A stretch of 64,000 nt of DNA from Schmidtea polychroa. Its lineage: Eukaryota. The DNA is taken from assembly GCA_044892525.1 (NCBI GenBank), contig CM097885.1, forward strand, positions 222,518,001 through 222,582,000. The letters run 5' to 3'. Below, piece after piece: positions 1-14,138 of the stretch. The notes beneath the pieces are model-generated. The model made no database searches, was not told the origin of the DNA, and worked only from the letters and a program-made list of their open reading frames with translations. How positions within the stretch are numbered: the stretch's first letter is position 1; each line of letters opens with the position of its first letter. Both the position numbers and the translations under genes were made by a program.

Positions 1-2
1 CT

Positions 3-292
3 ATTAGGCCAGGAAGATGGTTACAAGGATCACGGTTATCATACAGGCAAATAGTGTTGTTCATTTATTGTTTATCAAAGAAGTTAATTAATTTTGAAAT
101 TTTGAAGTCATCTGTCTGGAATCACTACCTTTGAGTGGTGTGAAGTACAAGAAATAACGGAACAAATATCACAATGGCACCCACAGAAGCATGTTGAACT
201 CGTATCTCTGTGAATACATGTGGCATAAACATACCCAAATTGGACAGTTGGGTGTGTTTGATTCGATTCTCAATGACATTAGGGTTTCTTGA
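3..292 (+). mobile_element. Merlin (IS1016/ISXO2-like) DNA transposase relic, internally deleted
   Basis: Manual translation gives the N-terminal segment IRPGRWLQGSRLSYRQIVLFIYCLSK...VWNHYL. It is joined near 130 to the C-terminal segment KK*RNKYHNGTHRSMLNSYLCEYMW...VFDSILNDI. Both match Merlin transposase motifs; the DDE core between them is absent. Confidence 0.75.
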
Positions 293-1479
293 TCACCTAC
301 TAAAACGGCGATAAGTTGTTTTTACAGTTAATAATTTCGTATTCGTTTAAATAAAATCAAAAAAATAATTTGGATGAATTAAAACAAGTACCAAATTTTC
401 TTCTAATCTTTTTCCTTTATATTTTAAATTTAATCTTTTAACTCAAAAATTTTGCCTTTACTTACTTAATGACAAAAGCTTCTGTGCATTTTTTTCTCTA
501 TGGTAAAAATGTAATAATTAACAAATGAAAAAAAATAATTTTTAGTCCTAAATTTATAATTTTTTTGAGATATGTTTATGGGAAGACTAAGGTTTTAATT
601 TAAAACTCAAAGATTTAGAATTTCAATATTTTTATATTTCTTGTTAATAAGATTAATATTATAAATATAAGTTTAAATATAAATGATAACAGATTTTGAT
701 CCGTTTAATTCGTAACCTCCTTCAGATGTCATTACAAGCTTTAATTTGTCTTTAGACATATTTTATGGCACATGAATGACATAAGTTGACCTAGTTTGCA
801 ATATTACATGTAGGCAAACCTATAAAAATGTCTAGGGGCCCCAACTAAAGAAGGGCGCTTGGTTTTTTATTTTCTTTGAAAAATTTTATCAAGTATAAAT
901 TAATTTTATTTTTTATCACATAATCAAAATTTATTTTAAATTTATTGATAACCATAATTAAATTATGTAATCGAAATTAAGAATTGATTTTATAGTTCTT
1001 ATAAAAAAATAAAAAACTGTTTTTTTTGTACTTTTTCTTTCTTAAAAAATTGCAACACCAAATGACATAAACAGATTATTTTTATTGTAAAGAAAAAGTA
1101 GGGAATACTAATTTTAGCAAATGGTACCAACAAAAAAATAAATGGGAATAATTACTGTCAAAATATGAACACGCCCAAAGGGTTCATTTTTCCGTGTTTT
1201 TTTTAAATTTCAAAAATAGTATTTAAAGAGTATTAAAATTTAAAAAAAGTACCGTGTCAATCTAGGGGTAGGTGTAATTTTAATTTAATTTATTTATAAA
1301 ATTTTATTTTTATATTTGATTTGTTAATTAACAGTTTCAGTGGTTTCAATATAGGCATATCAGTTTGTAATCCTGCTACATGACAACGGTGTGATAACTC
1401 TACTATTACATATTTATGTAATAATAATAATTACATTACATTAATTAGTCAAAACATCCCTAGAGATTTCTTGTCAACA

Positions 1480-1750
1480 ATGAAGGTTTATGCTGATAAA
1501 GTTGCAAGATATTTAAATAAAAATGTTTTTCGAAGAAAATTACAAGATGGTGAATTTATACGGTGAAATATTTTAGCATATATCGAAAGTAACAAATCAA
1601 TTTATTGTGTTTTTTGTCGATTATTAAGAGGTGGTGGATCAACACTGGCACCAAACGGGTAACTATGATTGGAAAGATGTAACAGAATGTTTATCTCAGC
1701 ACGAAAATACATCACATCACCGACAGTTAGAAACAGTTTCAAAGCGGCAA
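1480..1750 (+). mobile_element. hAT (ZMYM1/DUF4371-type) transposase N-terminal TTF zinc-finger relic
   Basis: Translation with stops and a frameshift: RRKLQDGEFIR*NILAYIESNKSIYCVFCRLL...YDWKDVTECLSQHENTSHH. This fits the TTF-type C-x2-C...DWK...HE.S..H signature. Confidence 0.7.
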
Positions 1751-3484
1751 TTGTTATGTGACTCTGCGTTAAATGTGAATAAACTATTAAATGTATAATA
1801 CATTTGATTAATATGGTATATTAGATACTGACATTTGAAGGCGACTAAGTGGACAAAAGTCTATTCCCGGCAATGTTCTCAACCAAACTTGTTATATTTC
1901 GATAAACTATATTCAAGTATTATAATTCATATATTGTATAAGCAATATTCTGTGGAATGATACCGCCAATTATGTTAGTTCATATAAAAAATTGCAATAA
2001 ACTGTTACACAATACACTAAAATGAATCTGTTATAAACAGGGAACTATTTAGATTGCTTGATGCCAGCACACACACACACTTGTCAGTGGCATACAATCA
2101 GATTCACGAAATTAATACATCCGTATCTAATAAAAAGATTGTGCACACTTTTAAGTTATTTGAGCGTTGGTGTATTACTAGCTGCATAAAACTACAAAAA
2201 TATCATATGAATTTGACATACAAATTGTGGGCTTATAGCAGATACAATTTGGTAATGGTGTAAAAATTGTGGTATTAGTTCATTTTGTGATGACTTTAAT
2301 TTAAATAGAGATTTTATATTGACTCTATATCGGATGACAATGGTCATCATTTATTCAAGCTGTTTTAGTATTACAGAAATAAAATGACTCAAACATTTGA
2401 GTCGTTAATCATCCAATTATTGCAGTATCAAATTATATCGTCCGTTATTCATTAATAAAATAATTAATTTTCATTCAGGTTTTTAAAATTAAATGAAGAG
2501 ATTAATAAAAACTGAAAACAAAAAATTAATTATAATCAACAAAAAACTAAAATAGAATTTGTAAACATAAAGTTTTATAAAACGAAATGTGAATGAATCA
2601 GTGTAAAATAAAAATATGAGTAAAAATAAAGTGTTTAACGTACATTTTGAAACTAAAATTATTGTAAAAAATAAAGCAAATTCTGTGAAGATATTGAAAA
2701 TTCAGAATTCAATAACAATATTTACATAAAAAATTTAAGTAAGTTTTCCCGCTTAACATTTTTAATGAAAATAGTAATTGTTAAGAAAAAGACCAATTTT
2801 ACTGATATAAATTTATTAAAACTCAAAATCTACAGCTGTATAATTTGACAATGCTATAAATTTTGCAATAATAGTGTTTTATTTTAATTTAATTTAAAAT
2901 TTAGTTATTTTGAGATATTCACAACTATTTCTAATAGCAAACGAGTTTTGAGCTTACTTGACAGAGTAGTCAGATTTTGAAGTGTAATCGAAAATCGCTG
3001 TTTGATCTCAACAAAAGCTAGTTAATGTCAAAATTAATCTGTCTTTAGAAATAACATTGGATATTATATTAAAAATTTTAATTTTATCAGTATATCATCC
3101 GAAAACCAAAAACTAATTGACCCAAATTTAATTTTATATTTTAATTCAAAATTTTGTATTATTATAAAATGTGATTTCCATTATTATTAAATTATATTTG
3201 GTATTATTATTTTATTTCCTTTTCCCCTATAATATATTATGTTAAGCCTTATAATTAATATGTATGAATTCCTGCATGTTTGATTAATTATCTTGATTGT
3301 CTGGGTTCTCAGAGCATGTCATTACTTACAAATTATCCCAATGATGTATATTCAATAAATCGCAATTTCATTTCTTTCCATGATATGTAAATATACTCAT
3401 TTTGTCTAAAATCCAACTTGTTTTTCATTAAGCACGAAAACTGTTTTTCAATTGGCTCTTTAATTTATTTCCTTTTCGAATATT

Positions 3485-3800
3485 ACATTTTTTTAGTCCT
3501 TCGTGAAATAGTGGATATCGACAGGGAAGCAGATGTTTTGTCAAGTTGCTCCTTTAAAAATTTAAGCATTAAACTTCAAACTAAACGTTTTGCAATTATA
3601 AAGTGAGCTTCAGAGTTTAAACGTTGGTTTTTTTTCAGCGCTTGTCTCAACCTTATTCATTTTAGTGAACTTGCAATTTTACTATTCTTTCAACTAAACG
3701 GATGAAGTTTTTGATGGTTTCTTTAGATATCATACTTCGATTTTTTTTGCGTCTTGCTTTGTCATATTTTACATGGAATATTTTGGATGTAAAAGTGATT
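3485..3800 (-). mobile_element. Possible Buster/Charlie-type hAT transposase relic
   Basis: Degenerate minus-strand translation includes HYCKSLLHPKY and SASLSISTISRRTKKM, resembling the LS..TV.RRI..M motif. Many stops. Confidence 0.35.
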
Positions 3801-6800
3801 TACAATAATGTAAATATAATTTTATAATATCATATATTTAATGATTTTATTGTACTTTAATGTTTATATATAAATTTAAATGAGTCTGATATGACTCCAG
3901 AAAATATTCTTTAACATTTGTTGCCTTCTATTAACCTAGAAAATAAATATATTTTACACTTAAATTTATTAAAATTGCATTTTCTGTACAACATTATTTG
4001 TAATTTCTAACGTGAAAAATATCTACAGATATTACCCACGTATGGAATTGTAGAAAAACATTTAGTCAAAAGATTTGAAAAAAACAAGAATTTGTTCAAT
4101 ATAAAGTAATTTTGTTTTTATTTAAGTAATTTAATTTTCTCATTATCGAAGTGAAACATGCATTTTAAATGATTTTTAATTAATGACTTGTTTGTTTTAG
4201 TAATAAAATTTAGAAATTTCATAAATCAAATGAAGTTTAAAATTAACTAACAAATAATAAATTTTTTAATAATCATGATCAATTTCAATTTTAAAAATTA
4301 TATGACTTGAAATTTGTTTGAATGATTTGGTTTTAATAATTGCCATTTTTATTGATTATTTTAAACATGGATGTTAGTGAAGAAGAATGCAAAATGATTT
4401 AATTTAAAAATATTTTCTCAATTTTCTTTATTTTAATATTATAGTAAAAATTAATTATTTCAAATGATTTTTTAAATTAATTTTTCACTATTATTTAAAG
4501 AACATTGACAAGAAGATTTAATCCAACTAATATTCATTTTAAATTTCCCTTTCAGTCATTAATTTAATTTTTATTATTTATTTAGTCTGAAATTCAAAAT
4601 GTTAACAATAAATTTTTATTAAAAATTTTACTTATGTTGTGGCGCCAGATTAGTTATTAAGAGTGATTTAGGACTTATAAAATAGCGACTGTAATATGTG
4701 ACTGGGATTTGCCAGTTAAGCCATATCAATTATTAAAAGTAGTCTTAATTTGGACATAAAAGTCAAATTTAATATTTTATATAGTATTAAAATGGGATTA
4801 TAGTATAGTAAAGAAAAATTGTTTCTATGCAGGTTGTGTTGGTAAATTCTGAACATTTTAGATTTTGGAAATTCGTCATGTTCTATTTTGATTTTTATTA
4901 TTAGGGGGGGGGAATTAATAACTTGAAAAATAATAATTTTTTTATTAAAAATAATTTATGTTAACAGGAGATTTTTGTATGGAATAAAAGTTGTTCAAAT
5001 ATTCAATTAAAAAATAAAGACTTTCAGATAAAATATCGAAACGAAAATTATGTTGCACTGACTTAACTATAACTATATAACTAGAATTCTTGATTCTCAG
5101 GAAGCATCAGAACTAAATTCATTCTTACTAAGTAATGAAGCCGTTATCAAATAAATAAAAAATAATCTATCATGTGTAAATTTTTATTCGTGAAAATCCA
5201 AATACAAAACATGATAACAATTATCGTTAAGCTTAAATTATCTCGAAAAATATGAATAATTTTCATAAAAATGTTTGAGCGCAGGGACCACGGAAACAGA
5301 TATACGCGTTAATTAATTATTCATAATCATGTGCAAAAAATTATTTTTTTCCAACAATAAAACATTTCACAATATTTTTTGATTTTCTATTTTATTTTTC
5401 TTTTCTCATTTTTCGCATTTCAAAATATTGTGAATATTTAATGAGTAATTATTTTTTTTGTATTAATTATAATTGTTTACCACTATTACTACTAAAATGA
5501 AAGCAAACATAAAATAAGATAAGATGTGTTATATAATAATAATNNNNNNNNNNNNNNNNNNNNNNNNNNNNNNNNNNNNNNNNNNNNNNNNNNNNNNNNN
5601 NNNNNNNNNNNNNNNNNNNNNNNNNNNNNNNNNNNNNNNNNNNNNNNNNNNNNNNNNNNNNNNNNNNNNNNNNNNNNNNNNNNNNNNNNNNNNNNNNNNN
5701 NNNNNNNNNNNNNNAATAATAATTGTTTTGTAAAATAAATATTCAATGATTACAAAAATTAAGAATATAATTACAAAGGAAATAAAAGCCAACTTTAATT
5801 ATCATTTTCACAAAGTTAGTGTCAGGATAATGTCCTATTAGCACCAATAAATAAATAAAAGCACTATTTTCAATTCTAAATTAATTAAAATTATGATTTT
5901 ATTAATATTAAAATTCTCCATGAAATACTTGCAAAATTTCCCTAGTGTATTAAAACAATTATCAAAGGAGAATTTAAAGAGTGCTTCTTTAATTGCTTCT
6001 TGATTTCTCATTTTGTTNNNNNNNNNNNNNNNNNNNNNNNNNNNNNNNNNNNNNNNNNNNNNNNNNNNNNNNNNNNNNNNNNNNNNNNNNNNNNNNNNNN
6101 NNNNNNNNNNNNNNNNNNNNNNNNNNNNNNNNNNNNNNNNNNNNNNNNNNNNNNNNNNNNNNNNNNNNNNNNNNNNNNNNNNNNNNNNNNNNNNNNNNNN
6201 NNNNNNNNNNNNNNNNNNNNNNNNNNNNNNNNNNNNNNNNNNNNNNNNNNNNNNNNNNNNNNNNNNNNNNNNNNNNNNNNNNNTTAATTGAAAAATTGCT
6301 CATTAAAATATAAATCCAATTTTTTTTAGATAAAAAAAATTATCAAAAATTTCAAATTAAAACAACTTGCAAATTATGTAAAATGGGTTATGACTGAATG
6401 ATCTTATTTTGATTAATTATGAAATTTTCGCTTAATTTTGCACGCAATTATGAAATGTTATGCTAATTACATATTTAATTTTTTTTAGTTGGATTTAATT
6501 GCTTTTCTTCAATAAATTAAAATCTTTTGGAAAATCGACATTTTTGCATAAATATTATTGAAGAATTGATAATTTTATTTATATTTTGCTCATAAATCAA
6601 ATTGTTTAACAATAAATATTTTTATATTTTTTATATATTTTATATATTTTTTATATTTTTATATTTTTATATTTTTTAATTTTTTGGAATAATGAATACT
6701 TTTTAATTTTTTTTAATTTTCTTGTCATATTTATCGAAATAATTATCAAATCGACTGTTTATTATTATTATGTTGAATAAATTTACTTATGCAAATTGAA

Positions 6801-7651
6801 TGTTCAATTTCACAAACATCAAGTAAATAGAACATAATCTTAAAAAATATTTTGTAATCATAAAAAAATAACAAAATCAAACAAACAGATTTTAATATGT
6901 AACTTAAAAATTTCATATTTAGACATTGAATTTAAAGCAACTAGTATTAACAAGAATTATTATTATTATTAATTAATTAACTAATTAATAAATTNNNNNN
7001 NNNNNNNNNNNNNNNNNNNNNNNNNNNNNNNNNNNNNNNNNNNNNNNNNNNNNNNNNNNNNNNNNNNNNNNNNNNNNNNNNNNNNNNNNNNNNNNNNNNN
7101 NNNNNNNNNNNNNNNNNNNNNNNNNNNNNNNNNNNNNATAAATTAATAAATTATCTAATCAATAATTGACTAGTATTAACTCGCATTAACTAGAACTAGA
7201 ATGAATAATTGTTTTACTGATTTTAAAAATATAAAACCACTGAAAATTAAGACTTAAATTAAAATGTTTAGAGTAAATAAATCTGTCGGGAATTTATTTA
7301 TTGAACATATAATTTGGCACCCGGCAAAGCCGCGCAAGACAACCCCCACTTTGTCGCGCAAATCAAAATTATAAAAATAAATAAAATGAAAGAAAATGTT
7401 TTATTTAAATTTTATTTATTTTTTTTGTGGAAAACTTTATCAATAGTAATATAATTACGATAACAGACCAGTCCAAACTTATTATGAATAAAAAAATATA
7501 ATGTAATATAGTAATAAGATAATGTAATATGTAACTTACTCACAGATTAAATCAGTTGACTATTTGCGCTTCGTTTTAATTAACAAAAGGTATGGTAATT
7601 TAATAAAATATTATATATTTTAATAATAAGTAATTAATATTTATTTAAGTC

Positions 7652-8932
7652 ATGGAAGATGCTAAATCACATATGGACAAGAATCATATTTTGCATTACG
7701 GTTATTGGTATCGCAGAGACAAGGTACTGGTTGATGGAGGCGCGTTTTGAAGATATCTAAGAAAAGATTGTTCTGGGTGTTTGAAGATAAGCCGACATGA
7801 TGTAATAAATGTTGTCACGAGGCAGATCCAAATCAAAATGAACCAGTGGCGATCGCAATATAAATACCGAAAAAAGCAACAACAACTGCTGAAACACTTA
7901 GCAAGATCATCTAGCAAGCTACAGTTGAATATACGGCTTCTCAACATATGATTGAGCGACAACGAAAACAAAAACTGTGTTTCCTTTGCTCCAGTGAATT
8001 TGCTCGATGATATTCTAATTCCTATTTCTCTGAAGCAAACTTTAATACAAAAAAAACTTCTTGCTTTGGAACTCCGGCGCTGATGACACGAAAAGGGTTT
8101 TGGTGTCGGGTACTAATTCGAATATTGAATTTCTTCAACGACATAATCACTCTTTTATAGATGGAACGTTTAAAGTTGGCTTTTTGCAAGTTTTTACGAT
8201 TCATGCACTGATTGGTGCATCTGCTGCACCTCTCTATGCCCTATTTCCTGATAAATCTGTAGAAAATTATCCAAGAATACTGAGCTAGCCGAAAAAAGCG
8301 AAGCCAACACTAAATCCAACTATTATTATGTCAGACTTCGAAAAACCAAGCCAAAATGCATGTTCGATAATCTTTCCTGAAACGAGATTATTTGGGTGTT
8401 TATTTCATTGCCGTCAGAATCTTTTGCAAAAATTCAGCAGCTCAATCTGTCTACAACATATAGTAGTGATACAAATCTTCGAACCCATAACAAAATGATG
8501 CTTGTACTTAGTTTCATTCCTATACCTGATGTTCCTACTGCATTTGAAGATTTGATCGACAGCTTTCCAACTCTGTTGACGTAATTATTAGATTACTGGG
8601 CAGACAACTTCATTTGCCGTTTAAGAAGAAACCAACGAACGCTTCCGAGAACACTTCTCGCACCAATAATTCGCTAGAAGCGTGGTACTGTTGATTCTAA
8701 TAAAACAATTAATGTTATCCATCCTTCAGTTTATAAAATATGTAAACATTTCAAACAAGAACAAAATCACCTTTAAATCATAATAGAAAAATACAAGGCA
8801 GGCTTCTATTGACCAAATGCTTCAAAATGTAATTACATTAAATTAAATGAAAAACTGTAGGCATCAATGCACTTATATGGTAATATGGATAAGTTGGAGT
8901 ATTTAAGGAGGGCACATAATTTAGAAATTTGA
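7652..8932 (+). pseudogene. FLYWCH + MULE-domain transposase pseudogene
   Basis: FLYWCH-like start (HYGYWYRRDKVLVDGGAF*RYLRKDCSGC). MULE core RVLVSGTNSNIEFL...FIDGTFKV...QVFTIHA...LFPDKS, then IMSDFEK...FPETRLFGCLFHCRQ. C-terminus EYLRRAHNLEI*. Multiple stops and frameshifts. Confidence 0.9.
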
Positions 8933-9042
8933 ATGTTATTATTATCTAATAATATTATGCTTAAATATAGCCTAATTATTAATTTCCATGTTTTTTTTGC
9001 TTTATAAATATTTTTTAATGTTTTTTATTTGTTTCATTTTAA

Positions 9043-9120
<78 letters not shown>
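9043..9120 (+). repeat. (AAT)n microsatellite, about 26 units, inside the MULE 3' region
   Basis: Read directly from the sequence. Confidence 0.97.
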
Positions 9121-9126
<6 letters not shown>

Positions 9127-9259
9127 TTATACTTTTTACTTAATTTTATTTTTCTTGCGTGGCTTTGTTGGCACGTGTTTATCCTGGGCGGCTTTGTAAG
9201 GTCTCCATACAAATTATTTTTACATAGATTATTTCTTGTATTAATCATTCAAAAAATAT

Positions 9260-9425
9260 ATGAAGTACTCATCATAGCAACATTTTAAAATTGACATTAT
9301 ATTTTTTAGAAAATTTACTGAATTAGAAAAGATATCGATGTTTTTTTGATATTCATGAATTTTCGGCACGGCTTTTTTCAAGAGATTTAGAAATCTTTTT
9401 ATAAATATAATGTCAATTGGAAATG
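9260..9425. repeat. Dispersed palindromic MITE-like repeat, second copy at about 24810-24995
   Basis: Shared core agatatc(g/c)atgtttttttgatattca(t/c)gaatttt...ttttcaag at about 9330-9380 and 24820-24872. Internal inverted arms aattgacattatattt (9289) / aaatataatgtcaatt (9403). Confidence 0.6.
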
Positions 9426-11964
9426 AGAAGAATTCTGAAGTGAAAATCAAAACATTTTAAAAATAAAATCCTTTATTTTTCGTTCTCATTTGATCCGTTT
9501 TTATTTTCTTAAACAGTTAACTTAATTTTATAATATTTATAAAAAAAATATATTTCTTTTTTTTAACACAAAAATTTAAATTGTTGATAAAATACGTCTG
9601 AAAAACAATTTTCAAAATACATGTAAACTTCTTTTAGTAAAATTCTTTATTTTTTCCCATTTTTTTTTCTTTTTTTCTTTTAATATTTCATTTATTTCAC
9701 TTTCTTTATTTGTAGCAAGTATTATCGATTGAATGACACTTGATAAAAGCGTTGTCAAATATTTGGCATTAATTATTTTTGATTTTTTGTCATAATGAAA
9801 ATAAATGAAATATACTACTTCTCAGTCATTAATGTTACATTATATTTTGTAATTTTTTGAATTTGTTCATATATACATATTAAATAAAAATACAACATAA
9901 CCTAAGCTGCGACAACATTATTAAAGATTCTACTGGGTTTAATTATGTATTTTTATTATTAAACAGCCTTAACACTAAATATCTGCTCCTAAATTATTCA
10001 ATTTTTATTCACTTTATATTTTCTAAACATAGGATGTTTTTTATCAATTTAAATAAACATATATAAATAGATCTCAAATTAAAACAATTTAAATTGGTTA
10101 TTAATTGTTTATTAATTATCATTTATTTATTTTCAAAAAAAAATATTTATTTTGATCTCAGTAAGCTTCTTTATATTTTTGTTAATATTTATTAAAAGAT
10201 GTACATTATATTATTTGGCTAAATTTAAAAATTTGATTAAGGATTTGCATAAAATACTTTATAGGTCATAGATTATGTCTAAACTAACAAGAAACGTTCG
10301 AATTAGCAGAAATGGAACTAAATGGAACTATATTATGCTTTTTTACAAAGAAAAATTGGAATGTTGAATAAGAGAAAATTTCTTTCATTATCATTACTTA
10401 TTTTCTGTTTTATTTTTTCAATTAATATATCAAATTTTAAAGAAATTTTGAATTTTTATCATATAAATAAAATTTTATGTATTTTTAATAAGTATCTATA
10501 ATTGGTTTTATCTAAGTAACATAAAGAGAGAAGAACAAATATTCGCAATTTATCAAAAGTCAATGACAATTCATGAGTTAATTCGTATGGAGTTTGAAAA
10601 CCAATTAAAGTTTTAACGAAAAATAAATTGTAAAATTATATGTTTTCTCTAGAATTTTATTTTAATTCATAATAAGATTTTTTAAACATTTTTTGTCTTA
10701 TTTTTAATGAAAATTGCTGAAAAAGATTTTAAATTAATCATTATTTTGTCATTATTTACTTTTTCTTATTTTTTAGTAAGTTTTTTTTTATTTTGAATTA
10801 GACAAAAAAATTTTAAAATTAAATTATTTTAATTATAATAAAAATAATAATTAATGCATGATATAATAAATTTCAATAGAATGAAGAACTGATATTTGCT
10901 CTCATCCCTTGTTTGCTATTCTGTTAATTCGAATGATGTTTAAATGAAAAAGAAAACATAAAAATGAAGATTGATGAACAAAAATAATTATTACTCAGAA
11001 TATAATAATTACTCAGTCTATTTTGAGGATTTAAAATCTTAATCTTCTACCAACCTTTTTTAAAAATAGATTTTAAAAGTTCTTTTTTTTTAATTTTAAT
11101 ATTTAGGACAGTTACAAAAAAATACAGTTGAAAATTTACTGTATTTACTGAAAATGTAAATTAATTATATAATAATATTATTTAAAATATTTTAATATAA
11201 ATTTGATTATTATTTGGCAAGTAAAAATATAATTCGCCGAAAATAGAAATAATACGAAGTGTATTTCCGAGGAAGTAAATAAAGAGACAAGTATGACTTT
11301 TGCTTGGATAAGTATACTCATATAAAGTGCAAACGTGCAAAAACAAATCGAATAACAAACATTTGAGCATAAGAAAACCTATTTTAAATCACATTTCATA
11401 ATTGATCCAATCTTGGAACATTTAGGGAAAATATAAGATGACAGAAATGAATAATAATTAAAATAATGTAATCATGGAAGAAAATATTTGAAGTGAAGGT
11501 AAATATTTAGCAAAAAAATACGAATAGCAAGATTATCAACCGAGAATTATTAATTAAAGAATTAATAATGATAGAAAACCATTTATCAATTGATGTAAAT
11601 AAACTTAGTACTTACCAAGAAATAATTGTGACTTCAGAAGATAGTTTCATTTTAAACAGTGAACTAACACAATCATAGGAAGTCGGAATACCAATGAAAA
11701 TTGATACTTTATGATTACATTTTCAATTTTTAAATGGAAATAAAACTTCTGCAGTTAAGGAAAAACCTCAAAAATGAGAAGGAGGCCAAATGACAACAAT
11801 TAAACCAATAAAATATTTAAATGAGCATTAAATCTGAATGAAAACAAGTGAAATCTACATTTTGTTTATAAAGAAAAACAATATTGTCAGAAATAAAGCT
11901 TTCAAACAAATGTCAATTCGGTTAACCCTCAATTTCTTTAGTCAGCTTGAATTAGGAATGTGAG

Positions 11965-12350
11965 GTGTTTTCAGCTGAGAATTAAATATTTCAATGATTT
12001 ATCAAAATAATTTTAAATTGTAAATAATTGACTATTAAAATAACTTTTAAATAATTTTTAAATTGGATTTTTTAAGTTGAAATCTTTGAATTAAAAATTA
12101 AAATAGCTTTTTAAAAAAGAAGTTTTATTAATGAAAAATTATTAAATAAATATATTTTAAATATTGAAATTTTGATAAATGGTTTTGAAAATATTTTATT
12201 CAACGCTGAAAATTTTTTTAAAATTATACAATATGTCATATAATAAATATATAAATTATGTCGTTAACTTTTGAACCGGATTTAAAAAATAATTTAGAAG
12301 ATGTGCTAGCAGCTTCTAATAAGAAATATTTATAATATTTTTATATTTCA
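11965..12350. repeat. Dispersed AT-rich repeat (probable MITE), second copy at about 30700-31050
   Basis: Shared blocks gtgt(t/c)ttcagctgagaattaaatattt, tattt..ttc.a.gctgaaaatt and ctagca.c.tctaa occur in the same order in both places. Confidence 0.55.
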
Positions 12351-14138
12351 AGAGTTTAAAAGTTATAAAATCTTTTTTAACTGATTTAAATAGTTTATTT
12401 TAAAAAAATTTGGTGATATTTTATTGAAAAATGAAGACTATAAGACAGAAAAATAGAGAATAAAATTAAAAGATCGAATAATGGTTTCATAATGTAAAAT
12501 AACAAACTTTCTAAATGAATCACAAAATGTAATTTATTTTGAATTGTTTATCTGAAGTATTTGTAACCAAATTTTCATTTTTGTTTTTTTTAATCCAATA
12601 ATTTTTCTTATTTGACTTTCTTTTGAAAAAATAATTTTTCATATTAATGAAATAAGAATTAATTTTATTTCTTTATTTAATTATTTGAAATACATATATC
12701 AACTTTATAAAAATAATTCTGAAATTTTATAAAAGTAATTTAAGAAATAATTATTATGAGTATTATTATTCATTATTGGTTCAGTAAACTTTTCCAACCA
12801 TATTCTAATAGAGTTTAGAAAAAATACATCAAAGAAATGAAATAGCAAAATTTGAGACGTCTTCTTATATAATCATTAACAAATGCAAATTTGTTTTTTT
12901 ACCATTGAATAACAAATACAAAAATTTAATTTGAGACATTTTTATATTAAATAAAAAATGATTAAAAATGCATATAATATGAATATTATCGAAAGATTTA
13001 AGGTTTGTATAATTATATTTGTAATTTTATAATTATTATATATGATGGAAATTTCATTTAATATAAGAAAAAATATAATTATTTTTATTGTTTGATTTTA
13101 AAGATCAGCTAAAAATTACGTGAAATTACAAATAAATTGTTTTAAAAGACAGTTAATTCTCTTATTTCAGATAATATGTAAAAATAAAATTACAATCTAT
13201 ATATGAAACTTTATTCAAATTATCCTAGTTTGAAATTANNNNNNNNNNNNNNNNNNNNNNNNNNNNNNNNNNNNNNNNNNNNNNNNNNNNNNNNNNNNNN
13301 NNNNNNNNNNNNNNNNNNNNNNNNNNNNNNNNNNNNNNNNNNNNNNNNNNNNNNNNNNNNNNNNNNNNNNTATAGAAGAAAAGAAATTAATGTAAAATAC
13401 TAATAACTTCGTCAGTATTTCCTAAACAAGCAGATATATTATTTTCCTTTGTTCGTGATTAATAAAGAATTGCCATTTACAAAGCGTTTTTTTTGATGCG
13501 CTTCGATGATTTCTGAAAGTTTTTACGAACAGCTAAAATATATTTAGCATTCTGTTCTGACATGATGAAAATTAATTACATTTCTATGAATTTCAATTTG
13601 AAATTTAAAAACCTAATTGATAAATTTTTTCCCAAGTCAAATTAAAATTAATTCATTTTTTTCTTGTATAATTAATTTCAATAATTAATTAAAATCTTAT
13701 TGAAACCTTGAAAATTAAATGAGAACTCGAAAACATGTTGGGAAAAAAATGTTTATTATAATTTTTATTTCAAAGAAAACAAAATCAAATTAAAAATTCT
13801 TATCTAAATTAGATTGTGTTGACAATTAGATAACTATTTTGATTTTATTTATTTTTTAATATATAAAATTTAAATATATTTTTAAAAATTACATTTAATT
13901 TTATTATTAAAATTAAACGATTTTTCATATTCAATTTAAACCAACATAAGTGTGGATTAATTAATCAAAAAAATTATTATGCTTATTTAAGCTTATGAAC
14001 TCAAAGTCTATTCGCGTAACAAAATTATAACAGTTAACATCTGAAATAAGGATATTCCAGCTTTATTTCTTTAAAATATAATTAATTAATTAATAATTAC
14101 TAATATTAACTGTGTGAAAATCCTCCTTTTGACTCGAT

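Larger units (their letters stand above)
7316..9206 (+). mobile_element. MULE/MuDR DNA transposon, full-length but dead
   Basis: Imperfect TIRs: left GGCACCCGGCAAAGCCGCGCAAGAC, right reverse complement GGAGACCTTACAAAGCCGCCCAGGAT. Degenerate 9-bp TSD atataattt (7307-7315) / atacaaatt (9207-9215), 7/9 match. Internal transposase pseudogene. Confidence 0.85.

Noticed and set aside
5492-6313. ORF-track entries full of X (also near 13.2, 17.2, 17.9, 34.4, 37.6, 41.8, 48.1, 49.0 and 62.9 kb)
   Set aside because: Artefacts of N-runs (masked or unresolved bases, often flanked by microsatellites); no coding evidence.
9039-9248. ORF with a poly-Leu tract; similar YIYIYI ORFs at 19369, 34398 and in the tail of 54601
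   Set aside because: These are translations of (AAT)n or (TA)n microsatellites.
9241-9450. Peptide KAVPKIHEYQKNIDIF recurring as KAVQKIREYQKNMDIF beside the protocadherin, considered as a shared 'constant' exon
   Set aside because: The similarity belongs to a palindromic dispersed repeat with inverted arms; no consistent splice sites or frame were found.
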